From contig NC_087437.1 of NCBI RefSeq assembly GCF_036321535.1, positions 23,686,001-23,750,000 on the forward strand: DNA of 64,000 bases, read 5' to 3'. The notes below the pieces were generated by a model. The model was not told the origin of the DNA. It saw nothing but the letters and a program-made list of their open reading frames with translations, and did not search any database. Positions 12,926 to 26,679 of the stretch are shown here, one piece after another. The stretch is from Camelus dromedarius. Taxonomy: Eukaryota. Made by a program: the position numbers and the translations under genes. Position 1 is the stretch's first letter. Each line of letters begins with the position of its first letter.

Positions 12926-13635
12926 ATCATTATGGTTTGAAGAAAAGCAATTTTAATTCTTCATGAACGGGACACTAGTTACTTCTCAATATAGTCCAAC
13001 AATTTTGGCTTATGTATCTTTAATATAATTGCTAACTCTTTCACTTGACAAAAGTCTTTTAGCAAAGAAATAGTTGGGCAAAACTCACATGATGGAATTA
13101 AAAATAATTAATGAAAATGAAAAGAACAATACTTAGTGATCACACAAGTCTTTACAAACTCCTTTTGATACACTTCATCTTTAATCTTTATCAAGCCTGA
13201 TTTAAAGATGAGAAAACTTAAACTGTGAGAGGTTAAATAATAAATTTATACATTTACTGTATATTATTGAATGAGTTTGTGAATGTTTTTGCAGGGATTC
13301 AATCCAGATACTCTTACTTTAAGTCCAAAGCTCTTTTTACTATATTATGTGATATCCATTTAAAACAAACTCCTAATTAGTAAGCTGCCAACATTCATGC
13401 CAAATAAATAATCTAAGTGGTTCAGTAGGCTCCATGCCCAGTATGATTTAGCCATCTCAAGTGGCTGGACGCAAACGCAGCCTACATTAGGAGATGTTTA
13501 GTCCAAGCAAGGCAGGCCACTTAGTATTACTGTATTTTGCAATACTCAGAATGTGTTTGAAGTTTCACTTAGTTCTTGGAGCCTCATCTCAAATAGGATT
13601 GTGGAATTGAAAGTGTCTTATAGAAGAGTCATCAG

Positions 13636-14349
13636 CATAATGATTCATTTATATATGTGTATATATCTATATATCTATATACATATATGTAGATTCCTTT
13701 TTATTATAGGCCACTATAAGGTATTGAATATATAGTTTCCTGTGCTATACAGTAGGCCCATGTTATTTATCTATTTTATATATAGTAGTTAGTATTTACA
13801 AATCTTAAACTCCCAATTGTAGATCGACTGTACTTCAATTTAAAAAGAAAGAAAAAAAGTATATGTCCTACTATTTTGTCCTCATTTGGTCTCTGATTAC
13901 GTTAAAAACCTTTCCTGATGTTGAGCACCTTATCTTGTATTCAGGAAAATGCAAATCAAAACTACAATGAGATATCATCTCACCCCTGTCAGAATGGCAG
14001 CAAATCAAAAGACAACAAATAATAGCAAGTGTTGGTGAGGATATGGAGAAAAGAACCCTTGTGTGCTGTTGGTGGGAATGTCAATTGGTGCAGCCACATG
14101 GAAAAAGGTACGGAGGGTCCTCAAAAAATTAAAAATAGGACTGCCATCTGATCCAACAATCCTACTTCTAGGTATATAGCCAAAGGAAATAAAAAACAGG
14201 ATATTGAAGAGATATCTGCATTTGCATGTTCGTTGCAGCATTATTCACAATAGGCAAGATTGGAAACAACCTAAATGTCTTTCAATGGATGAATGGTTAA
14301 AGAAGATGTGATACATATGTGTGTGTGTATATATATGTGTTTATATGTA

Positions 14350-14387
<38 letters not shown>

Positions 14388-15162
14388 TCAATGGACTACT
14401 ACTCAGCCATAAAAAAGAATGAAACCTTGCCATTTGCAACAACATGGATGGACCTAGAGGGTGAAATAAGTCAAAGAAAGACACTTACATGTGATTTCAC
14501 TTACATGTGGACTCTGTAAACAAAACAAGTGAACAAACAAAACAAATGGACAAACAAAACAAAAGAGAAACTGACTCAATAGATACAGAAAACAAACTGG
14601 TGGTTTCCAGAGGGGAAGGGAGTTGGGTGGGGGAGCTAAATAGGTGAAGGGGATTAAGAGGTATGAATTTCCAGCTATATAATAAATAAACCATGGAGGA
14701 TAATGTACAGTATAGGGAATATAGTAATAACTTTGTATGGTGACAGATAGTAACTAGACTTATCATGGGGATCAGTTAAAAATATATATAAATATTGAAT
14801 TGCTATTATGTACACCTGAAACTAATATATTTATGTTAATTATGTTTCAATGAAAAACAAAAAATCCTTCATTGAAAAAAGAAAGAATTGAGGCTCCAGA
14901 AATTAAAAAAAATTCCACACGATCTCATTTCCAAAAAAAAAATCCCCTCTGATATTTGTTAATTTGTTTTTAACATGAGTTCAGTATCATTTTCAGAAGA
15001 ACAATTTCTTGGATGTATCTCTACTTGTTTTTATGATAGTCTTTAAAAACTGTTATGTCATATATGTTCATTGCAAAAAAATTGTAAAATGAAGATAAAA
15101 CAAAAAACAAAAGGAAAAAATTAAGTTTATCATACCACGAAAAAAAAAAAAGAAGAAGAATA
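13636..15162 (+). mobile_element. TSD-flanked L1 insertion with 5' inversion and probable 3' transduction
   Basis: 14-bp TSD agaagagtcatcag at 13622-13635 and 15163-15176. Inverted L1 3'UTR at 13636-13818, sense L1 end plus A-tail at 13819-13859, extra 1.3 kb, then a second A-tail at 15140-15162. Confidence 0.75.
13917..14865 (+). mobile_element. 5'-truncated L1 3' end nested in the transduced segment
   Basis: gaaaatgcaaatcaaaactacaatgagata...; ORF2 end (DYYSAIKKNETLPFATTWMDLEG), 3'UTR and A-tail; (TG)n at about 14352-14385. Confidence 0.85.
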
Positions 15163-18100
15163 AGAAGAGTCATCAGAGTGAGAATGTGTCTGGATATGGC
15201 TTCATTTGAAAAGCAGGGAATATTTATTCCAGAAAAAAGGAAGATTTAGGAAGGAAATAGTGGGCCAGTTATCTTGAAGTATTGAAACTGTTTAGAAGTA
15301 ACTTTACATCTCAATGTGTTAGAGCTGAAAACAAGAAATACAATTTTCAGGGGAGAACAACATATTTTTATTTAATATATCACTTTCTAATCATTACCAC
15401 TCTTCAGAAACTTCAAAGGGCTGCCTTATGAGCAATCACAAAGGGCGCCTGTCAAATACATTGTACAGAATTCCAGACCTGCATGACCCCTAGCCAGCCC
15501 CTAGAAGTTTAATAAAGATTCAAGTGTTCATCAATAGAGAAACACATAAACAAATTATGGTACATCCACAAACTAAAACAGCCATTATAAAAATGTACTG
15601 ACTTAGAATCTGCCCCCTATAAATAGAGATGAAACAGCAAATTACAGAATGGTCTCATAAAAAGGGGGGAAGCAAGTAAACACCCCTTCTTTCTAAGAAA
15701 ACAAAAACAAGAACCAAAAAAACCCCATCTAAATTACACATACACATTCATGTTTGTGTAAACAGAAAAGTCTGGAATGATATGATTACTACAGGGGGAT
15801 AGAATTGGAGGGAGGAAGAAGCTTACTCTTTATACGCTTCCGTATCAGTTACATTTATTTTAACAAGCATTTATTGCTTTTTATTACATGTAATAATGTT
15901 TTTTTAAAAAACTGCTACAAACGTTAAGGAAAGTAAACACAATAACAATTACTGTTCAGTAAAGAGCTGTTATTCGCAAAAAGAACTCCCTGAGCTGAGG
16001 ATTGTCAGAGCTCCACTTAGCAAGAACACTCCAGACACAAATGAACAAAATTGATTCCTTTTTCTGTGTGAGTTCAGCTGGGGAATGAGGTAGCACGAAT
16101 TCTCCAAGTGGAAATGTGGAGTCATCCAGGCCCTCCTGGCCTTTTATAGATGTGCACTCTGAAGTCGAGCCGAGAACTGAAGTGTTCCTCCATGTTTTAT
16201 GGCAGTTCCAGACTGAAATACAACTTTCTGACCCCTATTTTAGCAAACTTTGAACTTCCTCGTAATTCACACTCCTCTTCTTATAATCTATAACTTTTAT
16301 GTGAGGGATAAAATTTTCTGTGTTTTACTGCCTGATCAGAACTAGTTATGTTTAAAGTGCATGACTCCGCTTTAAACCTAAGGTCTTGTTTACATCTGGA
16401 AGCCCCAGCCCTTAAAAGGGACAGGTGCTGGCATGATGCAGGGAGGGAGGGAGGCGGGACTAGGTAAGCTGTCAGGATAGGGTATGGAGTCTGGGGTACC
16501 AGTCCTTGCTATCCCCATGGGGGTCACATTACAAGGGTTGTATCAGGTGTGTAGAAGTCCTCTGTCTGCCTAGCATCTAACAGTTGACAAGACATCCTAG
16601 GTTTGCAAAGCTCTTCTGCAGCAACATCTCAATTGTCTCCCACAAGCCTGGTGGCCTAGGACATCTATATCAACCACAGTTTATTGACAAGAAAACCAAG
16701 ATTTAAAGACACTAAAGTGATGACCCTCAAGTCGCTCAGCAATTTGGTCATAAGGTTCAGGTCAGAATCATGTTTCTTTATTCTCTGGTCTCCTTCAGCC
16801 AGAGCCTGATTTTTCCTTTTTTATTGCTTATTTCCAGGGTGGATTTTGTCTGATAAAGGGGTCTGCTGCTTAAAAAGATTTGAAAGCTGATGATCCAGAA
16901 TAATGTTTCCTAATCCCCAACTGATACTAATATTCATCACTCAGGAATGACAAATTGGAATTTCCAAGAAATCTCAGAAATTCCTGAAGTAATAAATTAT
17001 TCTACATTTTCCATAACATTTTATTTATATGCTTTTAAATAATAAGTGACCATAGTAATAGTGAATAATTTTCTGTGATAATATGATACTAAACTTTCAG
17101 ATGTTTTTAGTAAAAAATATATTTTCATAGTTTATTATTATTATGAACCAATATATTATGACAAGATTATTTCAATAACTTATAAAAATGATCTCTACCT
17201 GATATAGACACTATATACAGAAAACATTAAAAAGAAGGGAACATTAACACAAAATAAATGCCAAATAAAGTCACTTAAAATTTGAAAAAGAATACCATAA
17301 GCATTTAATACTTAGAAGTTACTATTTTTAAATGAACTTTACAAACACAAAGCATTAATTGCTCTATCTGATAGTTCTGATCTTTGCTTTGTGACAAATA
17401 TTCAAGACATAGAAAACTTCCTTTCATTCTGCGTTGATGGTTGAATTAAGAGTGTGTGCCACACATCTTCAAATTGAGTATTAGGGTACACTTTGAACTA
17501 AGTCTGCTTTGCTGTCTTAACAGGTCAGCTGGAACTAGGGATTTTGTAATACAGCTTTACATCTTTGCAAATGTTCTGTATCCCTTAGATTTCTATACTT
17601 CCAGCTTTTTGGGTGGTTTTGTGAACAGTGAGTAAATTTTAGGTGCCCAGACAAGACCAGCTCTGCCACTTGACATGTGTGTGCCCCTATTTATGTCTTT
17701 CTCTGTAACAGTAAAATATTAGTAAATCTTACCACCCTAAGTTGTTTGAAAGATTGAGGTAACCATGCATATAAAGGATTTAGCATAATACATAGCAAAT
17801 ATTAAGTGCTGAAAGGATATTAGTTGTTTTGATTATATTCATGCTCATGGTTTCAAGCAAGTATGTTTTCATAGTCATAGAGAGCTCTGTGATGAGTCCA
17901 ACTACAGCTTGGTGATACACAAAGTCTGGGGATATTGGAAAGTCAGGTGTGGCAGTCTGGTCTAACCAACTCCACCTTCACTAACCAACCTTTGTCAATA
18001 CATTGCACCAACCTGTGGATCCTTAGCAAACAGATATTTCCTTTTTGGATTGAGAACATGCACCAGACACCATCTGTCCTCTTATCTCCTTTCTCTCCTG

Positions 18101-18789
18101 TCCTGGCAGTCGCTCTGAATTTTCCACTCCAATCCCTCCTGTTTACGTCCTATATCTTCAACTTCTTTGTTTTTGTCTGTTTGTTTGTTTGTTTTCTTTC
18201 CGTTAGCCAAGCTTTAAGCTTACCCCTCTCATCCAGAGAAGTCATCTGTTGTCTCTGCTTTCCCCTATATCCACCATAGTCTCTTTTCTCCTCTTCTCAA
18301 CTGAAAATCATTTCTACTGTCTTCTTTCCCATTTATTTCTCAATTAGTTGCAATCTAGCTTGCCTTGACAACTCTCCATGGAAATGATTCTGGCATAGTC
18401 CACCAATGACCTCTGTATTTCCAAATTCAGTGGAAACAATTCAGTCTTTATTTACTGATCCTCCGTGGCTCTCTGCTGCCTGACATGACATCCTTCTGGA
18501 TTTCATACTTTTGCAGATGTTTGTCTCTTTCACAACTGGTATTTCCCACATAACCCTTACATGTCCATGTTCCATAGGACACATTACTTAGCAAACCCTT
18601 GTTTGCTAAGATGAGATGGATAATCTTATCTTTTAAAATGTTTTCAATGATTACTCACATAAACAAAATCCCCCAACTTCTGTTTCCCACAGAAAGCTCT
18701 CTCCTCAGCTGCAGATTCACAAACTCAGATGCCTACAGGACTTTTCCATCTGAGTATGACAGTGGCATCCCAATTCAAAAGACCATGAT

Positions 18790-21700
18790 CAATTACTTAA
18801 ATAAGCCAATATGAATTTAAAAGACAAAAATTTGTAAAAGTAACTATAACTGCAATAAACAATTAAGGGATAGGCATGAAGATAGAAAATGTAACATCAA
18901 AAACACAAAATATGGGTGAGAGAAGTAAAAAAATGTAGATCTTTTAGAGTGTGTTTGAACTTAAATGACTAACAGTTTAAAACAAGTAGATATAGTTATA
19001 GGTCAACATATATGAACCCTGTGGTAAATACAAATAAAAAATCTACAGTAGATACACAAAAACTAAAAAGAAAAGAACACAAGCATACTACTAAAGAAAC
19101 TCACCAAACCACAAAGGAAGAAACAAACAAAAAAAAGAATAGACAGAGAAGAACTACAAAAACAACCAGAAAATGTGTAATAAAAATGGCATTAAGTACA
19201 TGCCTATCAATAATTATTTTAAATGTCAATGATTAAATGCTCCAATCAAAAGACAGAGGATGACAGATTGGATTAGAAAAAGAAAAAAAAAAAGACCACC
19301 TATAAGCTGCCTACAAGATACTAACTTTAGAGCTAAAGACACACACACACTGAAAATGAGGGGATGGAAAAAGATATTTCATGCAAACATAAACAAGAAG
19401 AAAGTGGGGGTAGCAGTACTTCTATCAGACGAGATAGACTTTAACAAAAAAACTATAACAAAAGGCAAAGAAGGGTATTATATAATGATAAAGGGATCAA
19501 TACAAATACAGTATATAACATTTGTAAACATGTATGTACCCAATACAGAAGCAGCTAAATATGTAAAGCACATATTAACAGACATGAAAGGAGACAATAT
19601 TACAATAATAGTAGGGGATTTTTAACACCCCAGTTACATCAATGGATGGATCATCCAGATGGAAAATCAATAAGGAAACAGTGGTATTAATGGCACAATA
19701 GACCAGCTGAACTTAACAGATATCTGTAGGACATTCTATCCAAACCCAGCAGAATAGACATTCTTTTTAAGTGCAGATGGACCCTTATCCGGGATATATC
19801 ACATACTAGGCCACAAAATGGGCCTCAAAAATTTAAGAGGATGGAAATTATATCAAACATTTTTCCAACCACAATGGTATGAAACTAGAAATCAATTATT
19901 GGAAGAATAATGGGGGAAAAAAACCAGTCACCTGGAGACTAAACAACATGCTATCAGTGGGTCAGCAATGAAACAAAGAGGAATCAGAAAATACCTCGAG
20001 ACAAATAAAAATGGAAACACAACACTCCAAAAGCTATGAGATGCATCAAAATGAGCTCTAAGAGGGAAGTTTACAGTGATACAGATTTTCCTCAAGAAAC
20101 AAGAAAACTCTCAAATAAATAACCTACACTACCACCTGAAGGAATTAAAAAAAGAACAAAGCTCAAAGTCAGCAGAAGGAAGGAAATAATAAAGATCAGA
20201 GAGGAAATAAATAGAGATTTAAAAAACAATAGAAAAGATCACTGGAACCAAGAGCTGATTTTTTGAAAGGATAAACAAAATTGATAAACATTTAGCAAGG
20301 CTAATCATGAAGAAAAGAGAGAGGATCCAAATAAATAAAATAAGAAATGAAAGAGAAGAAATAACAGCTGATACCCAGAGATACAAAAAAGTCATAAGAG
20401 AATACTACAAGCAGTTATATACCAACAAATTAGACAAACTTGAAGAAATGGACAGATTTCTAGAAACATGCAACCTGCCAAAACTGAAACAAATTGAAGA
20501 GGATGGAACAATCCCGCAACCTGCCAAAACTGAAACAAATTGAAGAGGATGGAACAATCCCAAATTCATTCCACCACTACCCTCATACCAAAACCAAACA
20601 AAGACACTACAAAAAAAAAAAGAAAAAAAAAAAAGAAACTTATAGGCCAGTATCTCTGATGAATATAAATGTAAATATCCTCAACAAAATATTAGTAAAC
20701 CAAATCCAACAATATATAAAAAGGATCATACATCATGATGAAATTGATTTTATTCCAGGAATGGAAAGATGATTCAATATTAGCAAATCAATTAATGTGA
20801 TACACCACATTAACAAAAAGACGGATAAAAATCACATTCACCTCAATAGATGCTGAAAAAGTATTTGACAAAATTCAAACATCCATTCATGATAAAAATT
20901 GTCATCAAAATGGGCATAGATGGACTGTATCTCAAATTAATAAAGGCCATTTATTACAAACCCACAGCTAATATCATACTCAGTCGTAAAAAGCTGAAGA
21001 TCTTTTGTCTAAATTCAGGAACAAGACAAGGATGTCCACTTTTGCCACTTCTATTTAACATAGCATTGTAAGTCTAGCCACAACAGTAAGACAAGAGAAA
21101 GGAAGGTAACCAAATTGCAAGTGAAGAAGAAAAACTGTCACTATTTGCAGATGACATGATACTTTATATAGAAAATTCTGAAGTCTCCACCAAAAAATAT
21201 TAGAACTAATAAATGAATTCAGGAAAGCTGCAGGGGAGACATCTTAAATAAGTGGTGCTGGGTAAAGTGGACAGCCACATGTAAAACAATGAGATTAGGA
21301 CATTTCTTCATACCATATACAAAAATAAGCTCAAAATGGATTAAAGACTTAAATGTAGGACCTGAAACCATAAAACTCTTAGAAGAGGACACAGGCAGAA
21401 CACTCTTTGACATAAATAATGGCAATCATTTTTTGGATCTATCTCCTAAGGCAAAAGAAATAAAAGTAAAAATAAGCAAATCAGACCTGATTAAACTTAA
21501 ACACTTTTGCTTTGCATAGGAAACAAATTGATAAAATGAAAAGACAACTTCCAGAATGGGAGAAAATATTTGCAAATGATATCACTAAAAAGAAGGGGTT
21601 AATATCCAAAATATATAAACAGCTCAGGTAACTCAATATGAAAAAAAAAACCCTACCCAATCATAAAATGGGTAGAAGACCTGAATAGACATTAAAAAAA

Positions 21701-22560
21701 AAAATGCAGATGATTGACAGACACATGACAAGATGCTCAGCAACACTAATTATTAGAGAAATGTAAATAAAAATAACCATGAGATATCACCTCACATCTG
21801 TCAGAATGACTATCATTAAAAAGTCTGCAAATATCAAATGCTGGCAAGGATGTGAAGAAAAGGAAACCCTTGTAAATGTAAATAAGTGCGGCTAATACAG
21901 AAAACAGTATGGAGGTTTCTCGAAAAACTAAAAATAGAACTATCATATGATTCCACAATTTCACTCCTTGGTATATATTCAAAAAATAATGAAAACACTA
22001 ATTTGAAAAGATAAATGCATTCCTATGTTCATTTCCACACTATTTACAATAGCTACGATACGGAAGCAACCCAAGTGTTCATCAACAGATGAATGGATTA
22101 ACAAGGTGTGTGTGTGTGTGTATAACTCGGTCATAGAATGAAATTCTCTCATTGGCAGCAACATGGATGGATCTAGAGAATATTATGCTTAGTGAAATAA
22201 CACAGACAGAGAAAGACACATACTAGATGATAACACTTGCATTTGGAATTTAAAAAATAATACAAAGAATCTGTATAGCAAAAGAGGAACAGACTCACAG
22301 AAACAGAAAATAAACTTGTGGCTACCAATGGGGAGAGGGAAAGGGAAGGGGAAAGTTAGCCATATAGGATTAAGAGATACAAACTTCTATGTATAAAATA
22401 GATAAGCAAAAAGGATTTATTGTATAGCACAGAGAATTATAGCCGTTATCTTACAATAACTTTTAGTGGAGTGTAATCTGTAAAAATACAAAATCACTAT
22501 GCTGTATACTTGAAACTAATATAATACTGTAAATCAATTATATTTAAATAAAAAATAAAA
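18790..22560 (+). mobile_element. L1 with internal deletions (ORF2 endonuclease, partial RT, 3'UTR)
   Basis: ORFs 19260 (ISCLQDTNF...GWKKIFHAN...IIVGDF, EN domain), 20494 (YRPVSLMN...ILNKIL), 20850 ([15 protein letters not shown]) and 21289; A-rich tail at about 22545-22560. Confidence 0.92.
20470..20561 (+). repeat. Perfect 46-bp tandem duplication inside L1
   Basis: gcaacctgccaaaactgaaacaaattgaagaggatggaacaatccc occurs twice head to tail. Confidence 0.9.
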
Positions 22561-23372
22561 AGATGTACCCATGATTTACAGATAAAAAAATCTCTTTCAC
22601 TGACCCACTTCTGATCACACAACCTAATTGTCATACAATCATACAACCTAATTGTTGTCTGTGTATAGATCTTGTATTCCAAATATTTCTCAAATAATTT
22701 TCCTCTTTTTCTTCCTTAATACTACTAATGTATTTAAACTGTCTACTTTCTATACACAGTCATAAAAATTTTAGTCCATTAGTCCATTGTTGAAATCCTT
22801 CAGGGCCTCATTAACACAAGCAGGATAAAGCCCAACCTCTTAGAATGCACACATGTCCCCTCTGCCTTTGTTACCCTCTCCCCCATCATTTCCCAGCACT
22901 GTGTTCATCAGAATTCAGTTGCTAGCAAACTCCCCAATCACTATGCTGTTTGTCATTTCTGTTCCTTGTTTAGTTTCATCCCCTTGTTCTGGAATCCTTT
23001 TCTGCTTCCAGCTCCCATATTGGCGCTTTACCTGGATAGCTCCTACATGAGACGTGGCTCCTTCCTTACTCCCAAAGTCTTTCTAACTCCTTCTGGCTAT
23101 TCTTTCTTTACCCCACTGTGTTAAATTCTCTTTCTATGGATTCTCCAATGCAGCTCCTTAACATCCTCACACAGTGTGTTACAATTAGCTTTGTAGGTTC
23201 ATGTATTATCTTCCCAGCAGACTCTGAGCCCAGTGGGGACAAAGACTGTACACAAGTTGGCACCTGCATAACGCCACTTCTTAGTGGTTGGCTTGTGACT
23301 GGATTCACTACATATTTTTAATGGACAAATGCATAGTATCTTTTATGAGAATTCTTGAGTAGAAATGGAAAA

Positions 23373-24000
23373 TAGCTCAGGCATTGTGTCCAAAGACATA
23401 TTGTTTGTCCTATTGTTCTGATTTTCAGCTCGTTTTAATTATATTAAGATTCAAGAACATTTGAAAATGCATTTTGAAAGCTAACAGTACACTGATTACA
23501 TATTTGTTAAATGCTTCAGTACTAATTGGTGGTGTAAATTTTTTTCTCCATTTCTTTGGTACATATCCAAAGAGGAGGATAAAAGTCACTGTTTTATTTA
23601 ACTATGTTTACACATTCCCATTCCTTTACTCCACAGAAATTTTCAACAAACTTAGAATGTTCTTGGACACAGAAACAAATATGATACCATCTACCACAAA
23701 ATTAGCCATGAGCTAAACATGATCTAATAATATCCATTATATGTTTATTTTACATTTTAATATTTATTTGTGCTCTGCTAGGCCTGAGCCAAGTCTTAAG
23801 AGATTTGCTTAAATGATTGGCTTCAGTACATTGAGACATGACTAAACATCATACTGGTAAGAAAAAAAAAATGGAGACATACCTTCAACTACGATACGTG
23901 TTTAGAAATAATTGTAGAACAAGAACATCTTTTAGATAATGATTTAAAGAAATCATTTTATATGAGTCATATCATTAAATTCATAGAAATAAGATTTTTA
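23373..24000 (+). repeat. Duplication block B (copy at about 34792-35380)
   Basis: Shared anchors include tagctcaggca, aaagacatattgtttgt, ttaattatattaagat, agaatgttcttggaca, ccacaaaattag and ccaagtcttaag. Confidence 0.9.
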
Positions 24001-25574
24001 ATACTTCTTTGATGTTCCTGATAACTCTGAATACCTCAGACTAGAAAATAAACTTACTTTCACCTACCAAAGGCTGATAACATTATGCTTTTCAGATTAA
24101 GAAAACTAGTGCACTTAATCCCTCTGCTCCTTGCTTGGATCTGAGATGTCCTGACCTGTGGCTGCTAGAAGCCCTGGCTGGAGATGCTATTTCACTTTCA
24201 ATTCCATACATCCACAGATAGTGTGTTAACATCTAAGGATCTTAGGATTATTAGATACACAGGTTCCTGTCACATTCATTCTTCTTTATTTTTATCTTCT
24301 TCAACCATAAACTCTAAAAAACAGGTTTATTCAGATATAATTCACATACCATAAAATTTACCCTTTCAAAATGTAAATGTACTATTTAGTGTTTTTGATA
24401 TATTTAGAGTTGCGCAGTAATCACTCCCAGGCAATAATGAGCCCCAAACAGACCATAGTCTGGCTGTCATCCCAGACCATCCCTACTCATGTTCCTGGCC
24501 TGCTAACTCTTAAATTCCATCTCCATCTGTTTTCTGACTTTTGATTCTTTTTCTCATTTTACACTTGCTTCTGCCCTGGAGACTTAGCATTTGTGTTTTG
24601 TCTCTGATTTCTGACAGTCTTCAAGAACTTTGACGTAGAGCTGCTCACCAGCTCTCTCACTTGGGTTACCTCTGGGGGTGCTCCTGCCTTAGTGGTTCTT
24701 CAGAAATCTGTCCATGGATACAGCCCACCTCAGCACTCCAGCCAGCTACCTGCTTCCTGTAAGAGGGTCATTTTGCTTCCAATTTTTGTTTCTTGGGACT
24801 CAGCCTTCAGTGAAGCTACAGTAACATGGAGTGAGCCCAGTATCTCTCATTATACATGGCTTGTGAAACAAGAGGTGAAGGAAAAGTAGAGCTCTTGCCT
24901 AGGCGTCTAGGGCATGCCCTCAGGAATTGGGAATTGCTTCTAGGCCAGGTACATAAAGATATGAGGTACACCCCAGTGGGGTACAGATGAGCTGCCTGTG
25001 GTTCCTGAGTCTAGATCATCCTTGAAGGCTTTGCACAGCTATATACTGGTGATTCTCAGCACAGAATGACCCACCTCTCAAGAGTTCATACTGGTAATGG
25101 GAGAGAGTGTGAGAGAGAGCATTTGCAGTTGTCACTTTGATAGGGGCATTACTGGCATTGAATGGACAGGAGCCAAAGATGTTGGACCTCCTGCAGTGCA
25201 TAGGGCAGCTGTGCACAGAGTATTTGTCAGTGTCCTACATGACTTTGAATGCCTAATGGGGGACATGAAAAATAGGTGTCATCAAGTATTTAATGAATCT
25301 GATAGGTAGAGGACCACTGACTTATCTCATCAGCTCTCCATATGTCTGCTGCCTTTGGCCTTACACCCTGCCCTAACCAGTGACTTGGGACGCAAACCCT
25401 GCCGTGCTCTCCTGGGGCTGCCCTGAACCCCAACATGACCCCTGACAGGGACTTCCTTCTTTCCTTTTTCCTCAGAATAAGCTGGTTGTGAGACCCAGGA
25501 AGCTGGTTGGACAGCTCTCCCATCTCCGGAAAAGGGTTCCTAGGATAGCAGGTGAGTTTAAGTGCAGCTGGAGA

Positions 25575-25812
25575 ATAAGAGCACAGACTCTGGACCCAGA
25601 CCACCTAGATTTGAACTCCAGCTTCACACCTTAGCTATCAGTGAGACCTTAAGGAACTCACTAAACTCTTTTTTGCCTCAGTTTCTCCCTCTGTAAAAAT
25701 GGGGTAATATTGGTTCCTGTCCTAGAGATTTGTTGTAGGATGAAATGTGTCAATAAATATAAAGTGCTTGTGAGACAATCTGGTACAAAGTAATATGTTA
25801 GCTGTTATTATT
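25575..25812 (+). mobile_element. MIR SINE
   Basis: agagcacagactctgg...gtgagaccttaag...gcctcagtttctccctctgtaaaaatgggg core with a ttattatta tail. Confidence 0.75.
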
Positions 25813-26307
25813 AAGAAGCCTCCATCATTGATGATTTATCCTGGAATAGGAAGGTCAAGTGCCACATCAATCAAGATATGTGACCTTGAATATTTCACTC
25901 TATCCTTCTGACTTTGTGTTTCTCACTGGTAAAGTGAGATGAATAATTCCTGCTCCTGTTATCTCACAATGACTTAAAGGTTATCTTGCAAAGGCTCTGG
26001 GCAGGTGGCAGCAAGCATCACACTGTGCAGGCAGGAACTCACAGGCGAGTGTCAGCAGGAGCACAAGTCCCCTGTTTTTACAGCTTCCTGGAGAGATGTG
26101 TTTGGGGTAAAGGGCTGAGCGCTGGCAGAGGTACTCTGCCTCCGGCTGTTTTCTGTTTTTAATAGGGAGAGCATAACAGTGATCTTCCTCTAGGGAGTAG
26201 ATACTTTGAGCGTTGGTGCCAGTTTTTTAATGATGTATTGGAAAAAGCCGGCTCTCTAGCAGCTGGAGACAGTGAAGGAAGTTGCCAGGCCACCCACAGA
26301 GAGCAAG

Positions 26308-26530
26308 GTATTTGGCAGTACCCCACTATGGGAGAAGTTTGGATAAATCAGAAGACTTATGGGAGTGGAGTTCTGGAACTTCCCATTTTCCTTTGTATAT
26401 GTGCTGTTTGTCAGTAAGCATGTGAGAATAAATTTTAAAAATGGTTTTTCATTAGAATTTGCACAGGATGTTTCTCAAATGTAGAAATAGTGTCAAAGTA
26501 TAAAACAAACAAAAAGGCAGCAAAACTACG
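26308..26530 (+). repeat. Duplication block A' (copy of about 2953-3180)
   Basis: Direct-orientation homology with block A. Confidence 0.9.
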
Positions 26531-26679
26531 GGCAATCCAAACTCGAGTCTTTCTCAAAGTCAAGATGTGATGTTGGTTCCAACTTGAATAAGGCAGGTGA
26601 TAACTTTTTTTTTTAAGTGTTTATTTTAAATCTTGATGCTTGTTAGCTACATCTTTTAGTGTTTGTTATTATTTTTAAC

